Part shown: piece by piece, positions 27,901 through 35,274 of the stretch
Numbering within the stretch: position 1 is the stretch's first letter
Layout of the letters: each line of letters starts with the position of its first letter
NCBI GenBank assembly: GCA_051646185.1
Contig: JBOFCS010000055.1
Location: 1 to 56,948 of the forward strand
Source of the DNA: Mycobacteriaceae bacterium
GTDB taxonomy: Bacteria > Actinomycetota > Actinomycetes > Mycobacteriales > Mycobacteriaceae
Reading direction: 5' to 3'
Length of the DNA stretch: 56,948 bases
The notes under the pieces: model-generated
Told to the model about the DNA's origin: nothing
Databases searched by the model: none
What the model saw: only the letters and a program-made list of their open reading frames with translations
Position numbers and translations under genes: made by a program

Positions 27901-28799
27901 ACGATACTCAACAGTATAATTCCGAGATCTGAAATTCTTTTCGGTGGGCCTTCCTGCCAGCATAGCCCTAACAGCTTATTGTTACGAGTATTATAATCCT
28001 CGGGCATATCTATTGTACCGTTTCTGACAGTAACCTCTGAAAGTTTTTTCATATCTTCAGCTAAGTTGACAAAGCTTCTTATCGGAATAAGAACTCTCTT
28101 AGAGAGATCCAAACTTGTTTTATTTAAGCCTGATTCATGAATAACTTGTGCAGTGATCTTCCAATCACGATGCTCGTCAAGCATTGTTTTAATACCTTCA
28201 GCAATAGTAATAAAGAAGGGCATCATCGCCTTAAACCCTCCACCTAGATGGAAAACTATCTGGCCTTCTCCCTCCTTTCCTATATTGTTTCGGACACTGG
28301 TTTCTATTTCACTACCCATTTTTCCGAGTTGGAAAAATATCTCTTTCGATAATTCTTGACTCAGGTCGAGTCTTGAAACACGACAAATGTATACCTGCCC
28401 TGGTTGTATTGAAGATAGACTTCCTGAGTTATCTTCTTCTCCATCAATATAATTGATGGGTTTGCCCTCAGCGTATTTTGCCGCAACAAACACAGCTGCT
28501 CTAAGCCCGGAAGGGGTATCACTAGCTATGAACACATAGGCATCCTTTTCCCGCTCTTCTGAGTCTCTTGTCTCAATGTAAATTGAAGACCACTCCGCAC
28601 AAACTTCAGGATTATTTTGTAGTTCGGTTATTTCTAGACTAATCTTCGGATCTAGCTCATCAAGATTGAGTAGCCCCTCACGCACAGTATTGCTCAAAAG
28701 CTTTCGCACATCACTCTTTGCATCAATTAAATTCAATAAACTTAAAGAATCATCATTTTGAATAGAAAGTCCCACTGGGACAACATGAATAGTGAACAT
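27897..28799 (-). CDS. Stand-alone CARF-domain protein (no recognisable effector domain)
   Basis: 300 aa from ATG 28799 (AAGGGGA SD; overlaps the cmr6 stop as TGATG). CARF hallmarks: MFTIHVVPVGLS (beta1 + G-x-S), CAEWSS, VFIASDTPSGLRAAVFVA, IVFHLGGGFKAMMPF. No R-x4-6-H HEPN motif and no HD or PD-(D/E)xK. The ORF-track N-terminal extension lies inside cmr6. Confidence 0.7.
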   Translation of the reverse strand: MFTIHVVPVGLSIQNDDSLSLLNLIDAKSDVRKLLSNTVREGLLNLDELDPKISLEITELQNNPEVCAEWSSIYIETRDSEEREKDAYVFIASDTPSGLRAAVFVAAKYAEGKPINYIDGEEDNSGSLSSIQPGQVYICRVSRLDLSQELSKEIFFQLGKMGSEIETSVRNNIGKEGEGQIVFHLGGGFKAMMPFFITIAEGIKTMLDEHRDWKITAQVIHESGLNKTSLDLSKRVLIPIRSFVNLAEDMKKLSEVTVRNGTIDMPEDYNTRNNKLLGLCWQEGPPKRISDLGIILLSIV

Positions 28800-29617
28800 C
28801 AGCTTTCCCCTTTCTCGACTGTGCAGTATCCATATCCGGCAGCAGTTTTTCCGCCAAGCCCAAAGTAGCCACAGCCACCTTCGACCCATGAGTAGAAGAT
28901 TTCCACATCTTCTTTCGTCCCACTCACCCACGTTGAGTAGCTTCCACCGTGTACTGCCAGAAACTGAACAGGAACTGGTTCATAATATTCTGCCGGAGGG
29001 CTTTTCACACCACCGTCAGCGTTTCCTTCATTGTAGTACGGGACAACATGCGGGGTTAGCACATCAACTACAATTTTTGGACGGGATTCAGGGTAGGCAT
29101 CTAAAATAGTTATTGATCCCCTACATCCTGTCATACTTACACTTGCATTATTTCGATCTTCCTGGTTTGCAGCGAAACCAAAGATCCTTGTTCTCAGTTC
29201 TACATCAGCACTACATTCACGAGCATAAGCAGCTGCTACCCCCTTTATTGCTGTTGCCGGGATATAAGGGAAACCGTAGGGCGAAGAAAATGATAAATCT
29301 GTTTCCTGCACTGACTCACCACCATGCCCAACGACCATCCGCCACATCGGCTTAATAATAATTTCTAAGCTAGAATATTTTTCTTGCTGGGCAATGTTTT
29401 TTGCCAATAATTTTCTCCGATCAGTAAGTGAAGAGAAAAAATCATCGGTAAGATTCCGGGTTTGCTCAGTAACCGATTGAAGGTGTTCTTGTTTCTCTCT
29501 TGAATCGTCCGGGCCAAGCCAAAGTCGATGAAAAAGCAACGCCTGATTCAGATTTTTATTTTTTATCTTGTCATCCACATTATCAAGGCGGGAAAGCACA
29601 CCATACCTTTGGCTCAT
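28799..29617 (-). CDS. cmr6: Type III-B RAMP subunit Cmr6
   Basis: Start ATG 29617 overlaps the cmr5 stop (ATGA). Motifs GFPYIPATAIKGVAAAY, RIFGF, VLTPHVVPYY, and C-terminal G-rich FGLGGKTAAGYGY. Confidence 0.85.
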   Translation of the reverse strand: MSQRYGVLSRLDNVDDKIKNKNLNQALLFHRLWLGPDDSREKQEHLQSVTEQTRNLTDDFFSSLTDRRKLLAKNIAQQEKYSSLEIIIKPMWRMVVGHGGESVQETDLSFSSPYGFPYIPATAIKGVAAAYARECSADVELRTRIFGFAANQEDRNNASVSMTGCRGSITILDAYPESRPKIVVDVLTPHVVPYYNEGNADGGVKSPPAEYYEPVPVQFLAVHGGSYSTWVSGTKEDVEIFYSWVEGGCGYFGLGGKTAAGYGYCTVEKGES

Positions 29618-29997
29618 CCCTGCTGCCCCTTTTCTTCTACTGTGCATCTGGCATCAGCAATTTTTGATAGCCACTGGCAAAACATCTTAGCTCTCGCTTC
29701 GGCAACTCTTTGCTGTTGCCGTTCTGCCCCAATGAGCGATCCCAGCAGTCCATTTCCATCAGCTCCTGCCTTATACTGAATTCCCGCCTGCTCGCAGGCA
29801 TCTTTCAATACTATGGTTGCCACTCGCACATATTCTTCTTTGTCTTTTTTTGATAACAAAAAGGCACAGCTTGCTGCTAATCCGCTCGTCTGTATGCTCG
29901 CCGGAAGTGCCCTCAATCTAGTTCTTAATACTGAATTAACCTCTTGCCCAAGTGCATTTGACGCAGCAGCTGCTAAATTAGAATCCAAGCGCGTCAT
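29614..29997 (-). CDS. cmr5: Type III-B small subunit Cmr5
   Basis: 127 aa, helical. LPASIQTSGLAASCAFLL and FCQWLSKIADA match the Cmr5 pattern. The ATG overlaps the cmr4 stop (ATGA). Confidence 0.7.
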   Translation of the reverse strand: MTRLDSNLAAAASNALGQEVNSVLRTRLRALPASIQTSGLAASCAFLLSKKDKEEYVRVATIVLKDACEQAGIQYKAGADGNGLLGSLIGAERQQQRVAEARAKMFCQWLSKIADARCTVEEKGQQG

Positions 29998-31022
29998 GCT
30001 AACCACCTGTACTCCCGCTTAGCGCTGCCAGTACCACCTTGTCTCCCTGCACCAGGCTTTGGCACCGGTTTAGGTTTGGCCTGAGCTGTAGCGCTTCCCG
30101 TTTCTTGTTCAGGGACTGCTGGCCTAGGCTCCGCACCTTGGTTTGTACTAAAAATTTTCTCAATATCTTCTGCTTTATGTATCCGGCACCAAAATATGCC
30201 TTTACCAGTTGATTCATCCCCACCAAGTTGAAAAACCTTGCCATTTAATATTTTTTCTAACAAATCGAGATGTTTTTTTTCTCCCGAAAGCACTGATACT
30301 AGAATGGTTTCTGCTGGAAGGTATTCTGAATAAAAAGGTCCGTGCGCTACCTGCTTAGTTTCTTCTTCAAGCTGAATCCGAGCCACAACATCTGTTCCGT
30401 GATTGGCAAGTTCTGAAAAATCACCTGCTTCAACAATAACCACGTCTTCTTCAATCTTTTTGCGTGAGAAGGTAAATTCCTCATTACATGGAAAAACAAA
30501 TTTTGATAAGGAATTACCCAGATTTCTAACAGCATTTTCTGTGCTTACACTGACCAAGATTGGACCAAAAACTTGTTTTCCTTTCCACCCTTCAGTGCCA
30601 ATTCCTCCGTTAATACTTTTTGTATAAACACTTTTCAATGTTGAAGTATCAGCGCCGATAATCCGCGCCTTGCGCGCTAGCCTGGCAAGCAACTGAACTG
30701 AGGTGACCCAGGCAAAAAGCCGATCAAGTGATGCAGCTGGCATCGCTAGAAGCTGGGCATCCCCAAAACTTACAGCTCCTCTGGTTAACCTACTGTCAGT
30801 TTCCCCTGGTGGCTTTGAGCCAAAAATTGCTTCATCTTGTTCCGAAGTGAAACCCGAAGAACGAGCATGATCGCGTAGTGCCCCTTTAAGTGACTGACCC
30901 CAAATTAACGGTAGCCCAGTTCCAGCTTCCCGCTGAATAGGGAGATCAATGCTGGACATGGCTCCTGAACCTCCCGCATGGATAGGGGTTTCAGCAAAAA
31001 GTACTAGCAATCTATGTTCCAT
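29994..31022 (-). CDS. cmr4: Type III-B backbone RAMP / target-RNA slicer Cmr4
   Basis: LLVLFAETPIHAGGSG...SSIDLPIQRE (catalytic Asp context), WGQSLKGALRDHAR, IFGS, QLGGDESTGKG. Start at ATG 31022 (TAATG overlap with the cmr3 stop), or alternatively ATG 31028. Confidence 0.9.
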   Translation of the reverse strand: MEHRLLVLFAETPIHAGGSGAMSSIDLPIQREAGTGLPLIWGQSLKGALRDHARSSGFTSEQDEAIFGSKPPGETDSRLTRGAVSFGDAQLLAMPAASLDRLFAWVTSVQLLARLARKARIIGADTSTLKSVYTKSINGGIGTEGWKGKQVFGPILVSVSTENAVRNLGNSLSKFVFPCNEEFTFSRKKIEEDVVIVEAGDFSELANHGTDVVARIQLEEETKQVAHGPFYSEYLPAETILVSVLSGEKKHLDLLEKILNGKVFQLGGDESTGKGIFWCRIHKAEDIEKIFSTNQGAEPRPAVPEQETGSATAQAKPKPVPKPGAGRQGGTGSAKREYRWLA

Positions 31023-32053
31023 TACCATCTCCCTGTCAAGACAACACCAAAACCTGAATTTACAATTCCTTCAGAAGGATTCAATAATTTTTCGTGATGA
31101 TTATTGGCCCACGCCTGTGCTAAATCTTTATCTCCAAAATCGACGTAAAGCACCGTTCCTGCCGGAAGCGCCCACTGAAGTTGCCGACTCTCCGAGAAAT
31201 TTTTGCGCACGGACGCGGTGGCTATCGGCTGGGGACCAGTACAGCTCATCACGCATAGCGTCGCATCTTCTGGTGACCAAAATTTTTTATCGACCAGACC
31301 CGGAGTTGCTAGATAAATAGCCACTCTCCCGCTATCGAACTGCGGAACCTCGATATGCGGGACTTTGTCGCGCATATTTGCTAGACGAACATGAGCTATG
31401 CGCCCTCTACCGCCTAAAGGAACAACTGAGTTTTTAATTTCCACTGTATCTGAGGAAACACAGCCCAACATGAAAGCTAACTTATCTGCACCACGTAAAT
31501 GTGTTGTTGCGTACAGCATTGATTCCATTGCCGTACCTTCAAATTCGCCAGAATAATGCCGCGCTAGGCCAAGGCGAGGTTCCGCTGACCATCCTGGGCT
31601 TTCTTTATGCCTTTGTTTTATCCACTTTGTGTCTATTTTCTCCCCGAAGCGGATTTCCCCTTCATTTGTTAACCAGTTTTCCATCGCACCGGTGCGAATC
31701 CAACCGCCTAACGTTTTTCCTTCACCAACTGTTTCATGGCTGAACCGATATTCTGAATCTAAGTCATTTCGTTGTGATGTCGAGCGCTCTTCGAGTGTTA
31801 GACGACGAAATTCGGTATCGTCTTTTACGATGTCGACTGGTGTTGGATAGTACGCATTTCCCTCTACAACGACGGTCGGGCCAATGATCATCTCCCCTAC
31901 CTCTTTACCTAATGCGGTGTGTAATACACCTCCGAAGGTACTGGGAGGTGGGGTGATTGGATTTGATATATTCGCTGACCCAGCATCAAAAGGTCTACCA
32001 TCACGAACCATTGCTGTGTCCAGTAGCTCAACTACTACCCATGTTGTTGTCAT
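31022..32053 (-). CDS. cmr3: Type III-B subunit Cmr3
   Basis: N-terminus TTWVVVELLDTAMVRDGRPFDAGS is typical of Cmr3. G-rich loop PLGGRGR. The ATG at 32053 overlaps the cas10 stop (ATGA); alternative ATG at 32059. Confidence 0.85.
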   Translation of the reverse strand: MTTTWVVVELLDTAMVRDGRPFDAGSANISNPITPPPSTFGGVLHTALGKEVGEMIIGPTVVVEGNAYYPTPVDIVKDDTEFRRLTLEERSTSQRNDLDSEYRFSHETVGEGKTLGGWIRTGAMENWLTNEGEIRFGEKIDTKWIKQRHKESPGWSAEPRLGLARHYSGEFEGTAMESMLYATTHLRGADKLAFMLGCVSSDTVEIKNSVVPLGGRGRIAHVRLANMRDKVPHIEVPQFDSGRVAIYLATPGLVDKKFWSPEDATLCVMSCTGPQPIATASVRKNFSESRQLQWALPAGTVLYVDFGDKDLAQAWANNHHEKLLNPSEGIVNSGFGVVLTGRW

Positions 32054-33864
32054 TGGCATTCCTGAGAAAGAAATCGGGCAATAAGCACGGCAGGGAGCGG
32101 CTGTAGAAACTTTCCATTTGACCGCTCTTGCTCTGCAAGCTTGACCAAAGATTTTGCCGATAAGTCACTTCCACCGTGACGGATGGTTAACCGGTGAATT
32201 TCAGCTTTCAGAGTGTCCCAGAGATCTGGGTTATCTTCCGCCGCTAAGCTTTGCATTTCTTTGTTATTGGCTTCTATATCTGCGGCAAGACGCGGCGACA
32301 AAGCATTTGCTCCACTGGGGCTTACGGCCCGCAATAGATCAGCGGCATTACCACCGTCTGAATTTATATTCCATGGTTGTACCGTTCTTGCTCGTTCACC
32401 TCCCCGTCGAATAGCAATCACAGCTAACGCATCTCGGTTTTGGGTGGGAGATATCTGAGCATTTTTTGCTTCATTCAGTGCTTCCCTGACTGATTCAAGA
32501 GCTAATCGTAGCGGGTAAGACATGTGTACGAACACAATAGCGGTGGATGCTGTTACACCTTTTCCCTTGTTAGCTTTCTGCCATAACATGTTTTTGTCAA
32601 CATGTTCGGCAAGAGACTTTCGTAACGTTTCTGCCAAACTTAAAGCCGTTGAGGCTGGGCTGAAAGCCAAAAAATCATCACCCCCGGAATAAATCACCGA
32701 GGAACAAAATTCCGATTTTCTTGCGATTTTCTTCTGCTCTTGAGCCAGTTCGTATAATTGGAAAGCGGCTTCACTCTGCTCATTCAGAGTCCAAGAGTTA
32801 AGGGCCTGACCTAGTCGATCAATATCTTGAGCGATGATAGCGTAATATGGCGAAAGATCAAGATTAATATGGATTTTGGCTAGTTTAAGGATTTCTTTTG
32901 ACGCTTCTCTACCCTTAGCGACAAGTTTATCGTTAATACCTTCATATTCTTTTGCTAATGTTTCTACCCGCCAAAGTTCGGGATATAACCAATCTGCGCA
33001 ATTTGCGAATGAAGTACGACTCCCAGCTGAGGGAGTAGCTCCTGAATCATTCAGGACAGCAATAACTTCTTCTAATTGATTAACCGGACTAGTCAGCGCT
33101 TTGCCGAGATCCTTGTTTTCCGTTTGCTCTAACTTTGCCAGAAAAGCCGCCGAAGCAACGGCACGAGTGGATGAAAATTTTCCTTTAGTGTTTTTCCTTT
33201 TCACCCAGCCAGCTGCGGATAAGTTTTCATCACTCTCATACCTTTGCAGTAACCTTATTTTGGCCGCCGGAATTGCTGGTAGTCCAGCAGATTGAGAGCA
33301 GAGCACTACTTGTTTTTCTATGAATGGGTCAAAAACCTTACTACGCTTTCGAGCGGTCAATGCTCGCTGAGCTGCCTGCCATAAATCTGCGTAGTTACCT
33401 GCGCTTCCTTCCACAGTAATCCAGGAAATATCTGGAAAGCCAGGGGTTTTTATTGGCGTATCTTCTACAAAAACTTCTGCCAACTTATTTTGCCAAAGCT
33501 GTGTCATTTTTTCTACGCATTTTTCGGCAATCGATGCTCCCTGCCCTACATTACAAAGGTAGATGATTTTATTTGTTACAGAAGCACTATCAACCATTTT
33601 GGGACTTGGGAAAACCCGATAACCCTCGTTTTCTGTCACTTCTTCAGCGGCTACCCAGGCTAGTTCTTGCAGAAGCAAGCTCGCATTTGCGACATCGCGT
33701 GTGGTGCGTGATTCGACAATAAATTTTTGAACACCCCCCAGGGCAATAATGCCCATTTCTATCTTCTCAGTAGAAGAGTAACCAGACGCCAAAGCCCCAA
33801 CTCGATCCCGCTGCACAGCCTGCACACCCTCCGTTGACCTCAAAAGACTACGAAGCGCAGACAT
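32050..33864 (-). CDS. cas10: Cas10/Cmr2, cyclase-type palm domains, no HD nuclease domain
   Basis: 604 aa. It opens almost directly with the palm-1 strand GIIALGGVQKFIVESRTTRDVANASLLL. Palm-2 has AIIAQDIDRLG and an intact GGDD (VIYSGGDDFLAF; GGDD codons at 32674..32685). No H-D dyad or extra N-terminal domain. The alternative start at ATG 33756 would make it even shorter. Confidence 0.9.
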   Translation of the reverse strand: MSALRSLLRSTEGVQAVQRDRVGALASGYSSTEKIEMGIIALGGVQKFIVESRTTRDVANASLLLQELAWVAAEEVTENEGYRVFPSPKMVDSASVTNKIIYLCNVGQGASIAEKCVEKMTQLWQNKLAEVFVEDTPIKTPGFPDISWITVEGSAGNYADLWQAAQRALTARKRSKVFDPFIEKQVVLCSQSAGLPAIPAAKIRLLQRYESDENLSAAGWVKRKNTKGKFSSTRAVASAAFLAKLEQTENKDLGKALTSPVNQLEEVIAVLNDSGATPSAGSRTSFANCADWLYPELWRVETLAKEYEGINDKLVAKGREASKEILKLAKIHINLDLSPYYAIIAQDIDRLGQALNSWTLNEQSEAAFQLYELAQEQKKIARKSEFCSSVIYSGGDDFLAFSPASTALSLAETLRKSLAEHVDKNMLWQKANKGKGVTASTAIVFVHMSYPLRLALESVREALNEAKNAQISPTQNRDALAVIAIRRGGERARTVQPWNINSDGGNAADLLRAVSPSGANALSPRLAADIEANNKEMQSLAAEDNPDLWDTLKAEIHRLTIRHGGSDLSAKSLVKLAEQERSNGKFLQPLPAVLIARFLSQECQ

Positions 33865-33954
33865 AAATGCGTACGAACTGCGCGGTCTTCCTATAAGGTA
33901 CTATCGGGCTGAACTTTTGTCGAGCTTTTGAATTTTTATGCGTCACACAATACA

Positions 33955-34781
33955 AGATCTCTTTCTTTGCAGGCGAGACCTTCTATTGAACCCGCGGCAA
34001 CCTCATAGTGAACTGCCACCCCAGGTTTCTATTCGCCTTTTGGCGAGACCTTCTATTGAACAACCCACTTAGAGCAGTCGCAACTCAACGATGCGCGTTT
34101 CTATTCGCCTTTTGGCGAGACCTTCTATCGAACTGGGAAGCGAATCTCAAGCAGGCCGTCTTTGATGGTTTCTATTCGCCTTTTGGCGAGACCTTCTATC
34201 GAACTTCGATTCTTAGGGGTACCGCGTCTCAGTCTCCAGTTTCTATTCGCCTTTTGGCGAGACCTTCTATCGAACGCAGCATCCGAAATGGATGGATACG
34301 CCGAATCGACGTTTCTATTCGCCTTTTGGCGAGACCTTCTATCGAACATTAAAGAAGAGGGTTTGGCCGCAGCGCAATTCCCTGTAGTTTCTATTCGCCT
34401 TTTGGCGAGACCTTCTATCGAACTCGGGCGACGGCGCAAGGCTCCCACGGGCGGGCCTGTTTCTATTCGCCTTTTGGCGAGACCTTCTATCGAACGCTGA
34501 TGATGCTCGCGCACAGCGGGATTACCTCGGGTTTCTATTCGCCTTTTGGCGAGACCTTCTATCGAACGTTTCGATTGAAGGGGACGCACCACTGTCGTTT
34601 GTTTCTATTCGCCTTTTGGCGAGACCTTCTATCGAACTCGGTAGATGTCGATGTAGGGCTAACTGATTCTGCTGTTTCTATTCGCCTTTTGGCGAGACCT
34701 TCTATCGAACCCAAATGGTGGCATCCCCGCGCCCCCAGTTAGGTGTTTCTATTCGCCTTTTGGCGAGACCTTCTATCGAAC
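33955..34781 (-). CRISPR. CRISPR array 2: 12 repeats (37 nt) / 11 spacers, transcribed on the minus strand
   Basis: Plus-strand repeat GTTTCTATTCGCCTTTTGGCGAGACCTTCTATCGAAC starts at 34097, 34168, 34239, 34311, 34387, 34459, 34531, 34601, 34674 and 34745. A T-variant (..CTATTGAAC) lies at 34025, and a half-degenerate terminal repeat at 33955. Spacer lengths are 33, 35, 34, 34, 35, 39, 35, 35, 33, 36 and 34 nt. Confidence 0.95.
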
Positions 34782-34960
34782 CCTACCCCAAAAACATGCC
34801 ACTTGACCAGCCCCAATACCAACGGTATGTACACCACCCCCAAAAAACCTCACCTGAACACCTGACCAACACCCCAAAAAACACCATAATCGCAGGTCAA
34901 AGCCAGTGCACACCAAACCCCATTTCCACCCATCCGCGCACCACCCTCCATCCACACGTT
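34782..34960 (-). promoter_or_regulatory. CRISPR leader of array 2
   Basis: About 179 nt, near-identical to 25110..25288. Starts about 30 nt after the cas2 stop. Confidence 0.7.
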
Positions 34961-34989
34961 ATCCACAAACCATCCACAGGCAGCTCAAG

Positions 34990-35274
34990 TTAGAAAACAG
35001 CCCAAAACAACACTGGCTCCCCCGGCGATGCCTGACCAGAAAGCCCCTTCAACTCCCAACACGACGCACACTGCCGAGCCACAAAAAATGAATCCGTTTC
35101 CGCATCAATAATCGACTCCACTTCTCTGGTCAATAATGCCAAATCTTTTACCCCAATCGTGCACAGAAAAACGCTGTACTGCAAGCGATTTCCCCATCGC
35201 TGAAGCTTAGCCGCCACTTTAGAACGACGGCCGTTATCAACAATGTCATAAAAGGCTAAAACCGTTAGCGCCAT
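34990..35274 (-). CDS. cas2: Cas2
   Basis: Start ATG 35274 (MALTVLAFYDIVDN..., catalytic Asp in beta1), then RLQYSVFLC. Overlaps the RT-cas1 3' end by 10 nt. Confidence 0.85.
   Translation of the reverse strand: MALTVLAFYDIVDNGRRSKVAAKLQRWGNRLQYSVFLCTIGVKDLALLTREVESIIDAETDSFFVARQCASCWELKGLSGQASPGEPVLFWAVF

Noticed and set aside
27901-27963. 21-codon N-terminal extension of the membrane-protein ORF
   Set aside because: It overlaps the CARF gene 3' end by 67 nt. ATG 27900 forms an ATGA overlap consistent with every other junction in the operon. The start remains unproven.
28800-28931. 44-codon N-terminal extension of the CARF ORF (MGEWDERRCGNLLL...)
   Set aside because: It lies entirely inside the 3' end of cmr6. 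The internal ATG at 28799 has a strong SD, gives the canonical CARF beta1 start and overlaps the cmr6 stop.
34008-34742. ORFs 34008..34352, 34125..34592, 34162..34500 and 34500..34742 across array 2
   Set aside because: Same artefact: repeat-encoded pseudo-peptides (LFAFWRDLL, SIRLLARPSIE).
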